From positions 11,296 through 75,295 of the forward strand of contig JBEIPS010000001.1 of the NCBI GenBank assembly GCA_040376915.1: a DNA stretch of 64,000 nt, written 5' to 3'. How positions within the stretch are numbered: the first letter of the stretch is position 1; each line of letters opens with the position of its first letter. Below are positions 37,209 to 46,967 of this stretch, piece by piece. The stretch comes from Hylemonella sp. GTDB lineage: Bacteria > Pseudomonadota > Gammaproteobacteria > Burkholderiales > Burkholderiaceae_C. Below the pieces are notes generated by a model, which was not told where the DNA came from, searched no databases, and was given only the letters and a program-made list of their open reading frames with translations. The translations under genes and the position numbers were made by a program.

Positions 37209-38240
37209 ATGCGCTCTTCCATTCAACACAGCTTGCGCTGTCTGCTTCTGGCGGGGCTGACGGGATTCACATTGCCCTTGGCAGCGCAGGAAGTCACCGG
37301 CGCTGGCGCCAGTTTTCCGGCCCCTGCCTATGCACGCTGGGCAGCAGAGTATTTCAAGATCAGCGGCGTCCGCGTCAACTACCAGTCCATCGGTTCCAGC
37401 GGCGGCATCAAGCAGATCGACAACCGGACGGTGGACTTCGGTGCCACCGACGCACCCCTGCGCGACGATGAACTTGCAGCCAAGGGACTGGTGCAGTTCC
37501 CCACCCTGGTCGGCGGTGTGGTGCCCGTGGTCAACATCAAGGGTGTGCCCAACGGGGCCTTGCGCCTGTCGGGGCAGATCATCGGCGACATCTACCTGGG
37601 ACGGATCACGCACTGGAACGACCCGGCCATCAAGGCGCTCAACCCGGAACTTGAACTGCCCGAGGCGCGCATCGCCCCCGTGCGCCGCGCCGATGGCTCG
37701 GGCACGACCTTCCTGTTCACCAGCTTCCTGAGCCAGTCCCATCCGCAGTGGCGCGAGAAGGTCGGCGAAGGCGCCGTCGTCAACTGGCCCGTCGGCACGG
37801 GCGGCAAAGGCAACGAAGGCGTGGCGCTCTACGTCAGCCGCCTGCCCAATTCGATCGGCTACCTCGAATACGCCTACGTCAAGCAGAACCGCCTGAACTA
37901 CGTCCAGCTGCAGAACACGGCTGGTCAGTTTGTGCGCCCGAGCAGCGCCTCGTTCGCCGCGGCCGCGGCCCGTGCCGACTGGAACAAGTCGCTGATCCAG
38001 ATCCTGACGAACCAGCCCGGCGCCGAATCCTGGCCCATCACGGGCGCCACCTTCGTGCTGATGCAGGCCAGGGGCAGCAACCCGGCCACCACGCAGGAGA
38101 CCCTCAAGTTCTTCCGCTGGGCCTACACCCAGGGCGAACGCTACGCGACCGACCTGGACTACCTGCCCATGCCGCCGGCCGTGGTCCAGCGGGTCGAAAC
38201 GATCTGGGCGGCGCTGTCCTCGGGCAGCGCCGCAAAGTAG
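37209..38240 (+). CDS. pstS: Phosphate ABC transporter substrate-binding protein PstS
   Basis: VTGAGASFPAP, NYQSIGSSGG, VDFGATD, RRADGSGTT, GGKGNEGV, SIGYLE, WPITGATF. Confidence 0.96.
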   Translation: MRSSIQHSLRCLLLAGLTGFTLPLAAQEVTGAGASFPAPAYARWAAEYFKISGVRVNYQSIGSSGGIKQIDNRTVDFGATDAPLRDDELAAKGLVQFPTLVGGVVPVVNIKGVPNGALRLSGQIIGDIYLGRITHWNDPAIKALNPELELPEARIAPVRRADGSGTTFLFTSFLSQSHPQWREKVGEGAVVNWPVGTGGKGNEGVALYVSRLPNSIGYLEYAYVKQNRLNYVQLQNTAGQFVRPSSASFAAAAARADWNKSLIQILTNQPGAESWPITGATFVLMQARGSNPATTQETLKFFRWAYTQGERYATDLDYLPMPPAVVQRVETIWAALSSGSAAK

Positions 38241-38310
38241 AGAACCCCAGCCCTCACCAGCCCCACCCAGGCACTGGCTTCACGCCATAGCCGGATTGAC
38301 CCCCACCACC

Positions 38311-39735
38311 ATGTCCAAGGCCGTGATGACGCATACCGCGTCCAGCTTCGTCAAACGCGGTGAGGCGCAAGCCCGCCCGCACGACAACAAGCTGCTGGAC
38401 CTGCTGGAGGCGCTGCTCAGCCCCACGGCCCTGGTGCTGTCGCTCTGGAGTCTGGCCTGGTACTACGAGGGTGAGTTGCCACCCGCCTATCTGCTGCTGT
38501 CGGTCTTCGCCTTCTCGATCACTTTTCCGGGCCAGCCACGTCTGCTGATGTCCGATGGCGCAGTGCTCATCGACGTGATGACGGGGTGGCTCTGGGCGGC
38601 CTTCCTGCTGTACTTCACGGGCTTCGCTACCGGCTACCTGCGCGAGTTTTCCCAGAAGGCGCTGTGGGCGTGGCTGTGGCTGGCCCCGCTTACCGATCTG
38701 CTGCTGACCATGCTGCTGCGCCAGGGTGCCGCGCTGCTCGTGACCCTGCAGGGACCGAAAGCCCGCGCGCTCATCATCGGCATGAACGGCCAGGGCCTGG
38801 AACTCGCACGCAAGCTCAGCACCTCGCGCTATTCGCGCATCGAACTGGTCGGCTTTGCGGACAGCCGCGACCGCTCCCGCCTGAGCGCCAGCGGTGAATT
38901 TCCCCTGCTGGGCGATGTCGAAGGCCTGCTGCAGCTGGTACAGGCCCGGCACGTCCAGATCATCTACATGTCGCTGCCGATGGCCGCGCAACCGCGCATC
39001 CTGCACATCCTGGACGCGCTCAAGGACACCACGGTCTCGATCTACTTCGTGCCCGACATGTTCGTCACCGACCTGATCCAGGGCCGTAGCAGCTCGGTCT
39101 GCGGCATTCCGGTGATTTCGGTCTGCGAATCGCCCTTCCGCGGCATTGATGGCGTGGTCAAGCGGGTGAGCGACTTCGTCTTCTCCTTGATCATCCTGCT
39201 GCTGGTCAGCCCGGTGATGCTGGTCATCGCAGCCGCTGTCAAATTCACCTCGCCCGGCCCCGTCATCTTCAAGCAGCGCCGCTACGGCCTGGACGGTGAA
39301 GAGATCCTCGTCTACAAGTTCCGCTCGATGACGGTGACCGAAGACGGACAGGTCGTTCAGCAGGCGCGGAAGAACGATCAGCGCGTCACCCCGCTGGGGG
39401 TGATCCTGCGCAAGACCTCGCTGGATGAACTGCCCCAGTTCATCAATGTGCTGCAGGGACGCATGAGCATCGTCGGGCCACGCCCGCATGCGGTCGCACA
39501 CAACGAGCTGTACCGCAAGCTCATCAAGGGCTATATGGTGCGGCACAAGGTCAAGCCCGGCATCACGGGCTGGGCCCAGGTCAACGGCTACCGGGGCGAG
39601 ACCGCCACGCTGGAGCAGATGGAGGGGCGCATCGACTACGACCTTGACTATCTGCGCAACTGGTCGCTGCGACTGGACATCCACATCATCCTCAAGACCG
39701 TACGCCTGGTGATGCGCGACCAGAAGGCCTACTGA
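38311..39735 (+). CDS. Undecaprenyl-phosphate glucose phosphotransferase (WcaJ/EpsB-type priming enzyme)
   Basis: N-terminal TMs; KFRSM, LRKTSLDELPQFINVL.G.MS.VGPRPHA, VKPGITGWAQVNG. Confidence 0.95.
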   Translation: MSKAVMTHTASSFVKRGEAQARPHDNKLLDLLEALLSPTALVLSLWSLAWYYEGELPPAYLLLSVFAFSITFPGQPRLLMSDGAVLIDVMTGWLWAAFLLYFTGFATGYLREFSQKALWAWLWLAPLTDLLLTMLLRQGAALLVTLQGPKARALIIGMNGQGLELARKLSTSRYSRIELVGFADSRDRSRLSASGEFPLLGDVEGLLQLVQARHVQIIYMSLPMAAQPRILHILDALKDTTVSIYFVPDMFVTDLIQGRSSSVCGIPVISVCESPFRGIDGVVKRVSDFVFSLIILLLVSPVMLVIAAAVKFTSPGPVIFKQRRYGLDGEEILVYKFRSMTVTEDGQVVQQARKNDQRVTPLGVILRKTSLDELPQFINVLQGRMSIVGPRPHAVAHNELYRKLIKGYMVRHKVKPGITGWAQVNGYRGETATLEQMEGRIDYDLDYLRNWSLRLDIHIILKTVRLVMRDQKAY

Positions 39736-39736
39736 G

Positions 39737-40942
39737 ATGCGCGCAGCCGACCTCCGCCGACTCCTTGCCCTGCTGGCCTGCTGCGGCTGCAACGCTGCCG
39801 CCCCGGCACAGGGCCTGAGTCCGCTCGCCTTCGAGGCCGGCTATACCGTGCAGCGTGACAGCAATCTCTTTCGTCTGTCCGACACGGCCAACCCCAACCA
39901 GCTGCTGGGCAGATCCAGCGCCGCGGAACAGATCGACATCCGCAGCGTGGGTCTGAACTTCGACAAATCCTGGAGCCTGCAGAACCTGCAGCTGGGCTAC
40001 CGGGTGGTCGACTACGCCTACCAGAACTTCAGCTACCTGAACTTCACGGCCCAGAACTACCAGCTCGACTGGCGCTGGTCCTTCACCCCGCGCGTGACCG
40101 GCACGCTGAGCAGCTCGCGCCAGGAGCTCCTGAGTTCCTTCTCCGATTTCCAGGGCTACTCGACCCGCAACATCCGCACCGACAGCAAGCAGTCCTTCCA
40201 GGCCAAGGCGGAAATCGACGGGCTCTGGAGCCTGCTGGGCGGCCTGAGCACGGTGCGACGCGAAAACCAGCAGCCGGTGCTCGCAGGCAACGACTACAGC
40301 GGCCTGTCCACCGAAGCCGGCGTGTTGTACGAGCGCAGGTCGCTGGATTCGGCCCGTTTCGTGGTACGCCAGACGGACGGCCGCTACCTGAACCGCAGCC
40401 TGCCTTCGAGCGGCCTGTTCGACGAACGTTTCTCGCAGCAGAACTACGAGCTGACCCTGCGCTGGATCCCCGGCGGCTGGAGCGATCTGAGCGTGATGCT
40501 GGGCTACCTGGACCGCCACCATCCGAACTACCCGCAGCGCGATTTCTCCGGTACCACGGGCCGCGCCGAGGCAGCCTTCCTGCCCGGCGGGAACACCCGC
40601 CTGACACTGATCTATGCGCGCGAACTCAGCGACTATCTCAGCAGCACCTCCAGCTATCTCGTCACCGACCAGCGCATCGTGCGCCTGTCCTGGCAGGCCT
40701 CCGCCCGCATGGCCCTGAACCTGCAGCACAGCAACAGCGCAGGCCGCTACCACGGCGCCGTCGTCCCGGTCAGCACCCAGCGCGACGACAGCCTGCGCGA
40801 CAGCACGCTGAGCGCGAGCTGGCAGGCCCACGACCGCATCGCCATCAGCGCATCGATGCAGCACATTGCGCGCCGAAGCAACCAGCCCGGACTGGACTAC
40901 GACAGCCAGATGACCAGCCTGTCCCTGCAAGCCAATTTCTAA
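39737..40942 (+). CDS. epsL: EpsL-type outer-membrane beta-barrel protein
   Basis: Signal peptide, RDSNLFRL, SLQNLQL, alternating beta strands, C-terminal F; position in methanolan-type eps operon. Confidence 0.8.
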   Translation: MRAADLRRLLALLACCGCNAAAPAQGLSPLAFEAGYTVQRDSNLFRLSDTANPNQLLGRSSAAEQIDIRSVGLNFDKSWSLQNLQLGYRVVDYAYQNFSYLNFTAQNYQLDWRWSFTPRVTGTLSSSRQELLSSFSDFQGYSTRNIRTDSKQSFQAKAEIDGLWSLLGGLSTVRRENQQPVLAGNDYSGLSTEAGVLYERRSLDSARFVVRQTDGRYLNRSLPSSGLFDERFSQQNYELTLRWIPGGWSDLSVMLGYLDRHHPNYPQRDFSGTTGRAEAAFLPGGNTRLTLIYARELSDYLSSTSSYLVTDQRIVRLSWQASARMALNLQHSNSAGRYHGAVVPVSTQRDDSLRDSTLSASWQAHDRIAISASMQHIARRSNQPGLDYDSQMTSLSLQANF

Positions 40943-40956
40943 CCCGAGAGCCCACC

Positions 40957-41904
40957 ATGACGACTGCATACCTCCATCGCTCCCTCATCGCGCTGGCCAC
41001 CAGCGCCACCCTGCTCCTGTCCGCCTGCGGCGGCAGTGATGGCAGCCGGCCGGCCACCCAGGTGGTCGCCAAGGTCGGATCCGAAGAGATCTCGGTCCAC
41101 CAGATCAACCAGGTGCTGAGCCGCAGCAACACCGCCGGCCTGTCCGAACAGGACTCGCGCCAGCTCAGCCGCGACATCCTGGAACGCCTGATCGACCAGC
41201 AGCTGGCCGTGGACCAGGCCATCGACAAGAAACTGCACCGCGCGCCGGACGTCGTGACACAGATCGAATCGGCGCGCCGCGAGATCCTGGCGCGCGCCTA
41301 CCTCAAGCAGATCACCGATGCCGTGCCCAAGCCGACCCAGGAGGAAGCGCGCAAGTACTACCGCGACAACCCGGCCCTGTTCGCCGAACGCAAGGCCTAC
41401 GTCCTGCAGGAAATCAACACGACCTTCCAGCCCGAAACGGAGCAGCTGTTCCGCGACCATGCCAATGCAGGCAAATCGACGGAAGAGCTGGCCAGGACGC
41501 TGCGCGCCAAGGGTATCCCCTTCAACACGGGCGGCTCGACCCGCCTGGCCGAGCAGATCCCGCTGGACCTGCTGCCGCGCATGCAGGCCATGAAGGACGG
41601 CCAGGCCATGGTGGTCACCACCGCGCGCACGCTGAGCCTGGTGCGTCTGGCCAGCACCCAGTCCATGCCGGTGGACGAAACCACGGCCCTGCCGCGCATC
41701 GAGCAGTTCCTCACCAACAAGAGCACCAGCGACGCCGTCGCGTCCCGCTTCAAGGATCTGCGCGCCGCCACCACCGTCGAATACCGGGGCGACTTCGAAA
41801 AGACGGCGACCCCCGCCAAGCCGGCCGCTGCGCCCGCGACGCCGGCCCCGGCCGCCGACGCTGCCCGCAGCGCGATCGACAAAGGTGCGGCCGGCCTGAA
41901 ATGA
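40957..41904 (+). CDS. epsD: EpsD-family peptidyl-prolyl isomerase-like lipoprotein
   Basis: Lipobox LSAC; ATQVVAKVG.EEISVHQIN; LERLIDQQL; RREILARAY. Confidence 0.88.
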   Translation: MTTAYLHRSLIALATSATLLLSACGGSDGSRPATQVVAKVGSEEISVHQINQVLSRSNTAGLSEQDSRQLSRDILERLIDQQLAVDQAIDKKLHRAPDVVTQIESARREILARAYLKQITDAVPKPTQEEARKYYRDNPALFAERKAYVLQEINTTFQPETEQLFRDHANAGKSTEELARTLRAKGIPFNTGGSTRLAEQIPLDLLPRMQAMKDGQAMVVTTARTLSLVRLASTQSMPVDETTALPRIEQFLTNKSTSDAVASRFKDLRAATTVEYRGDFEKTATPAKPAAAPATPAPAADAARSAIDKGAAGLK

Positions 41905-41918
41905 GACCGGAGTCCACC

Positions 41919-42743
41919 ATGATGAATCACCTCCTCTCCCTGCTGCAGCGATACGCGTTCCTGCTGTTCCTGGGGCTGCTGCCCGCGGCGCAGGCAATGG
42001 CGCAGGCGACCGTGCGGACCGACTACGCGCTTGCCCCGGGCGACACCATCCGCATCCAGGTCTACCAGAACCCGGACCTCACGCTGGAGACCCGGATCTC
42101 GGACAGCGGCAACATCAGCTACCCCCTGATCGGCACCATAGAGCTCGGGCGCCTGAGCCCGGTCGCCGCAGAAAGACGGATCGCCGATGCCCTGCAGAAC
42201 GGCGGTTTCCTGCAAAAACCCCAGGTCACCGTGACCCTGCTGCAACTGCGCGGACATCAGGTCTCGGTGCTGGGCCAGGTGGTGCGACCCGGTCGCTACC
42301 CGCTTGAAGCCACGAACACCCGCCTCAGCGACATGCTGGCCACGGCCGGCGGCGCTCTGCCCGGTGGCGACGACGTGGCCATCGTGAGCGGCCTGCGTGA
42401 CGGCCAGCCTTTCCTGCGTCGCATCGACTTTCCGGCCATCTACCTGTCGGGCCAGGGCCGTGACGACATGACCCTGCAGGGCGGCGACGTGATCTACGTG
42501 CACCGGGCACCTGTCTTCTACATCTATGGCGAGGCACAGCGCCCCGGCGCCCACCGTGTCGAGCGCGGCATGACCGTCATGCAGGCGCTGGCGCAGGGCG
42601 GTGGCCCCACCGTGCGCGGCAGCCAGTACCGGCTGCGGCTGCACCGTCGCGACGCCGCCGGCGCGCTCGTGGAGACCAGCCCCGAGCTGACCCAGCCCGT
42701 GCAGGCAGACGACGTGATCTTCGTCAAGGAAAGCATCTTCTAG
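41919..42743 (+). CDS. epsE: Polysaccharide export protein EpsE (Wza-like)
   Basis: Y.L.PGD.IRIQVYQNPDL; G.ISYPLIG; SLBB repeats VLGQV.RPGRY and YIYGE..RPG. Confidence 0.92.
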   Translation: MMNHLLSLLQRYAFLLFLGLLPAAQAMAQATVRTDYALAPGDTIRIQVYQNPDLTLETRISDSGNISYPLIGTIELGRLSPVAAERRIADALQNGGFLQKPQVTVTLLQLRGHQVSVLGQVVRPGRYPLEATNTRLSDMLATAGGALPGGDDVAIVSGLRDGQPFLRRIDFPAIYLSGQGRDDMTLQGGDVIYVHRAPVFYIYGEAQRPGAHRVERGMTVMQALAQGGGPTVRGSQYRLRLHRRDAAGALVETSPELTQPVQADDVIFVKESIF

Positions 42744-42745
42744 CC

Positions 42746-44122
42746 ATGTCCATCCAGCAATTCATCCTGATCCTGCGCGCCCGCTACCGAATGGTGCTGC
42801 TGGTGCTGGCGGCCACCGTCGCGCTGACCACGGTCATCAGCCTGCTGCTGCCCAAGAAATACACCGCCGGCGTTGCGCTGGTGCTCGACGTCAAGTCGCC
42901 CGACCCGGTCAGCGGGCAGATGCTGCCCGGCCTGATCGCGCCAGGCTACATGGCCACCCAGATCGAGATCGTGGAGAGCGACCGCGTGGCCGAGGCCGTG
43001 GTGCGCCTGCTCAAGCTCGACCAGAGCCCGACCGTGCGCGAGAACTGGCAGGAAGCCACCCAAGGCAGGGGCGAACTCGTGAGCTGGCTCGGCGGCATCA
43101 TCCAGCGCGACCTCGATGTCAAGCCCTCGCGGGAAGGCAACGTCATCCATGTCGTCTTCTCCGGCAGCAACCCGGAATTCGTCGCTGCCGTGGCCAATGC
43201 CACCGCCCAGGCCTACATCAACGTCAGCCTGGACCTGCGGCTGTCCCCCGCGCGCCAGTACGCGACCTTCTTCGATGAACAGACCAAGACCGCCCGCGAC
43301 CGGCTCGAAAAGGCGGAACGGGCGCTTTCGCTCTACCAGCAGAAAAGCGGCATCGTCTCCGTCGACGAACGCCTGGACATGGAAACCGCCAAGCTCAACG
43401 ACATCTCCAGCCAGCTCACCGCCATCCAGGGCCAGACCACGGACAGCCAGAGCAAGCGCATGAACGAGAAGGGCGACACCCTGGTCGACGTGATGCAAAG
43501 CCCCCTGATCAACAACCTCAAGACCGAGATCAACCGGCAGGAGGCCCGCATCCAGGAAAGCGGCGTCAACCTGGGGCGCAACCATCCCCAGACCGAACGC
43601 ATGGCGAGCGAGCTCGCCTCGCTCAGGGCCAAGCTGGCGGCCGAGACCCGCAGCATCCGCAGATCCATCGACACCACCTACCAGGTCAGCCGGCAACGCG
43701 AGCGCCAGCTGCAGGAGACGCTGGCCACGCAGAAGACCCGGGTGCTGGAACTCAACCGCCAGCGTGACGAGATCAACATCATGCGGCGCGAACTCGAGTC
43801 CGCGCAGCGCGCCTTCGACATCCTGAGCCAGCGCGCGTCCCAGACCAACGTGGAAAGCCAGGCCATCCTGACCAATATCTCGATCCTCAACCAGGCCACC
43901 GTCCCGCTCGAACCTTCGCGCCCGCGTGTCCTGCTCAACGTCCTGGTCTCGGTCTTCCTTGGCACGCTGCTCGGTGTCGGACTGGCCTTGACGCTGGAAC
44001 TGCTGTTCCGCCGCGTCCGCTCGGTCGAGGACCTGAGGCAAACCTTCCAGGTGCCCGTGCTGGGCCAGATCCATTCAGCCGCTGCCATGCTGCGGCTCGC
44101 CGACGCGGGAGCCCGTCCATGA
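42746..44122 (+). CDS. epsF: Chain-length determinant EpsF (Wzc periplasmic/TM part)
   Basis: Two TMs flanking coiled coils; YMATQ.EI..S; NHP; A.VP..PSRP. Confidence 0.9.
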   Translation: MSIQQFILILRARYRMVLLVLAATVALTTVISLLLPKKYTAGVALVLDVKSPDPVSGQMLPGLIAPGYMATQIEIVESDRVAEAVVRLLKLDQSPTVRENWQEATQGRGELVSWLGGIIQRDLDVKPSREGNVIHVVFSGSNPEFVAAVANATAQAYINVSLDLRLSPARQYATFFDEQTKTARDRLEKAERALSLYQQKSGIVSVDERLDMETAKLNDISSQLTAIQGQTTDSQSKRMNEKGDTLVDVMQSPLINNLKTEINRQEARIQESGVNLGRNHPQTERMASELASLRAKLAAETRSIRRSIDTTYQVSRQRERQLQETLATQKTRVLELNRQRDEINIMRRELESAQRAFDILSQRASQTNVESQAILTNISILNQATVPLEPSRPRVLLNVLVSVFLGTLLGVGLALTLELLFRRVRSVEDLRQTFQVPVLGQIHSAAAMLRLADAGARP

Positions 44123-44967
44123 ACCCGTCCCGTTCCATCGGCGACATCCTGCTGGCGCGCGGTCGACTGAGCAACGAGCAGCTGCAGTCCATCCTGCTCA
44201 AGCAGCAGGAGAATGGCCAGCCTTTCGGCGAAGCCGCCATCACCCTGGGCCTGTTGAGCCGGGAGGACATCGACTACGCCCTGAGCAAGCAGTTCGACTA
44301 CGCCTACCTGCCCGCCGAAGACACCAGCCTGAGCCCGGCACTGGTCGCGGCCTACAAGCCCTTCAGCCGCGTGGGCGAGAACATCCGCGCGCTGCGCAGC
44401 CAGCTCATGCTGCGCTGGTTCGACGGCGACCCCCGCCGCAAGGCCCTGGCCATCGTCAGCCCCGCCCCGGGTGAAGGCCGCAGCTTCACGGCTGGCAACC
44501 TGGCCGTGGTCTTCGCCCAGCAGAACCAGCGCACCCTGTTGATCGACGCCGACCTGCGCAGCACAGCTGCGCACGGACTGGGCGCGCTGTTCCGGATCCC
44601 GCGTGCAGCAGGCCTGTCCGACATCCTGGCCGACCGCGCCGATCTCTCAGCCGCCCAGGCGGTACCGGGGCTGCCGCACCTCAGCGTGCTGCAGTCCGGC
44701 CCGCTGCCGCCCAATCCGCAGGAACTGCTGGGCCGGCGCCACTTCGGCGAGCTGTTGTCACGGGCCGCAGAACAGTTCGACATCCTGCTGCTCGACACCC
44801 CGCCCGGCGAATCCTGTGCCGATGCCCAGGTCATCGCGGCGCGCGTCGGCGCGGCCATCATGGTGCTGCGGCGGGACCACAGCCTGCTGCCCCAGGCCAG
44901 CCGCATGGAACAGCATCTGGCCGAGGGTGGCACCACCCTGGTCGGCACGGTGCTCAACGAGTTCTAG
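44119..44967 (+). CDS. epsG: Chain-length regulator / BY-kinase-like EpsG
   Basis: RALRSQL, Walker A-like GEGRS, LLIDADLR, PPNPQELL, LLDTPP; N-terminal MshEN-like repeats. Confidence 0.9.
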   Translation: MNPSRSIGDILLARGRLSNEQLQSILLKQQENGQPFGEAAITLGLLSREDIDYALSKQFDYAYLPAEDTSLSPALVAAYKPFSRVGENIRALRSQLMLRWFDGDPRRKALAIVSPAPGEGRSFTAGNLAVVFAQQNQRTLLIDADLRSTAAHGLGALFRIPRAAGLSDILADRADLSAAQAVPGLPHLSVLQSGPLPPNPQELLGRRHFGELLSRAAEQFDILLLDTPPGESCADAQVIAARVGAAIMVLRRDHSLLPQASRMEQHLAEGGTTLVGTVLNEF

Positions 44968-45350
44968 CCGTGCGCGCCTGCCCTGCCCTTTCCCCGCAGC
45001 CGCCACACGGCCCAGGCACCGATCAGGGCGCCGGTCGCGTCGGCCAGCAGGTCGCCGATGTCGGCATGGCGGCCGGGCAGACCCGTCTGGTGATACTCGT
45101 CCAGCAGACCCAGCACCACGGCGACGGCCATGCCCAGGCCGGGCGCCAGACGCCGCGGCCCCGGCATGGCCAGCCCGCAGCTCAGGGCCAGCAGGGCAAA
45201 CACCACCCCATGTGCCAGCTTGTCCCAGGGCGCGGGCACCAGATTCACGGCCTGCGGCTGCGCACCGCCGAAGAACAGGCCCGCCACCAGGCCCAGGGCC
45301 ACACCACCCGCCACCAGGCGCATGGCCCGGCATGAGTCCAACCATCGCAT
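44964..45350 (-). CDS. VanZ-family membrane protein (antisense within eps operon)
   Basis: WDKLAHGVVF, DEYHQ..LPGR...IGDLLAD..G; start uncertain (45323-45356). Confidence 0.85.
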   Translation of the reverse strand: MRWLDSCRAMRLVAGGVALGLVAGLFFGGAQPQAVNLVPAPWDKLAHGVVFALLALSCGLAMPGPRRLAPGLGMAVAVVLGLLDEYHQTGLPGRHADIGDLLADATGALIGAWAVWRLRGKGRAGAHG

Positions 45351-45354
45351 CACC

Positions 45355-46254
45355 ATGAACCTGTCTCTCCCGTCATTCCAGTTCGCCGCATGGCGATTGT
45401 GGCTACCCCTGCTGATCGGGCTGGCCGGCCTGTACGGGCCCAGCATCTACCAACTGCTCCAGGGCATGTGGGGGAAGTCCGAGCACATGCACGGGCCCAT
45501 GGTACTGGTCATCAGTGTCTGGCTGATGACCCGCAACTGGCCGGCTATGGTCGAACGCTCGCGTGGCCGCCCGGCCAACGCCTGGGGCTGGCCGGTACTT
45601 GTGTGCGGCCTGCTGCTGTATCTGGTCGGCCGCTCGCAGGACATCATCCTGTTCGAGATGGGCTCGCTGATCTGGCTGCTGGCCGGGCTTATCCTGCTGA
45701 ACCACGGCATCACCGGCCTCAAGGCGCAGTGGTTCGCCCTGTTTTTCATGTGCTTCATGGTGCCCCTGCCCGGCCCGGTCGTCGACACCGTCACCATGCC
45801 CATGAAAATGGCCGTCTCCTATGTGACGGAGCAACTGCTGTATGCCGCCGGGTACCCGATCGGACGCAACGGCGTGATCCTGCAGATCGGCCAGTACATG
45901 CTGCTGGTGGCCGACGCCTGCGCCGGGCTGCAGACCTTGCTGACGCTGGAGGCCCTGGGCCTGCTCTACCTCAATCTCGTGCGGCGTGACTCCCTGCTGC
46001 GCAACACCGGCCTGGCCCTGCTCATCGTGCCGATCTCCTTCACCGCCAACGTGATCCGCGTGACGGCCCTGAGCCTCATCACCTACCACTTCGGTGACGC
46101 CGCGGGGCAGGGTTTCCTGCACGATTTCGCCGGCATGGTGCTCTTCCTCAGCGCCCTGCTGCTCATCATCGGCTTCGACACGCTGCTGCAGACGGTCGAA
46201 AAACGACGCACGGCGCGGCAGGCAGCCCTGCGTCCCGAGGGAAGCCCGACATGA
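45355..46254 (+). CDS. xrtB: Exosortase B (EpsH)
   Basis: Multi-TM; HGP; catalytic VADACAGL (Cys), NVIRV (Arg), FLHDFAG (His). Confidence 0.94.
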   Translation: MNLSLPSFQFAAWRLWLPLLIGLAGLYGPSIYQLLQGMWGKSEHMHGPMVLVISVWLMTRNWPAMVERSRGRPANAWGWPVLVCGLLLYLVGRSQDIILFEMGSLIWLLAGLILLNHGITGLKAQWFALFFMCFMVPLPGPVVDTVTMPMKMAVSYVTEQLLYAAGYPIGRNGVILQIGQYMLLVADACAGLQTLLTLEALGLLYLNLVRRDSLLRNTGLALLIVPISFTANVIRVTALSLITYHFGDAAGQGFLHDFAGMVLFLSALLLIIGFDTLLQTVEKRRTARQAALRPEGSPT

Positions 46255-46967
46255 CCCTGATACCTCAACCCTGGCTGCGCAACCTCGTGCTGATGGTGCT
46301 CATGCTGGCCACCGCTGCGCTGTCCAACACCCTGCGCCCCACCATCAGCCTGGCCGACGAACTACCGGCCATCGACCTGGAAACCATGGTGCCGCGGGAT
46401 TTCGGTACCTGGCGGGAAGTGCGCGACACCCAGACCCAGCTCGTGAACCCGCAGCAGCGTGCCGTCCTGGGCCGTCTCTACACCCAGACCCTGAACCGCG
46501 TCTACACCGATGCCAGCGGCTACCGCGTCATGCTCTCCATAGCCTACGGCCGCAACCAGAATGACTCGAACCAGGTCCACAAGCCCGATACCTGCTACCC
46601 GGCCCAGGGCTTCCAGATCCTCGGGGCACGCTACGTGGTGCTGCCCCTGCCGGCAGGCCCGCTGGCGGCCAAGGTTCTCGACACCCGCATGGGACAACGC
46701 GTCGAGCCGCTGACCTACTGGACCACCGTGGGTGACCAGATCACCACCACCGGCTTCAACAAGAAACTCACCGAGATGTCCTATGCCATGCGCGGCCGCA
46801 TCGCCGACGGCATGATCGTTCGCGTCTCCTCGATCGACCCGGAGGCCACACGCGCCTATGCCGCGCAGGCCCGGTTCGCCGCCGACGTGGTGGCCGCCAT
46901 CGCACCCGAACACCGCAGCCGCTTTGCGGGCTCTGTCTTCTCTCCGACCCAGACCGTCTCACCATGA
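46251..46967 (+). CDS. epsI: Exosortase-associated EpsI protein
   Basis: [46 protein letters not shown]. Confidence 0.92.
   Translation: MTLIPQPWLRNLVLMVLMLATAALSNTLRPTISLADELPAIDLETMVPRDFGTWREVRDTQTQLVNPQQRAVLGRLYTQTLNRVYTDASGYRVMLSIAYGRNQNDSNQVHKPDTCYPAQGFQILGARYVVLPLPAGPLAAKVLDTRMGQRVEPLTYWTTVGDQITTTGFNKKLTEMSYAMRGRIADGMIVRVSSIDPEATRAYAAQARFAADVVAAIAPEHRSRFAGSVFSPTQTVSP

Noticed and set aside
44964-45350. VanZ as a glycopeptide-resistance determinant
   Set aside because: No other van genes; VanZ-like proteins are common near EPS loci in Gram-negative bacteria.
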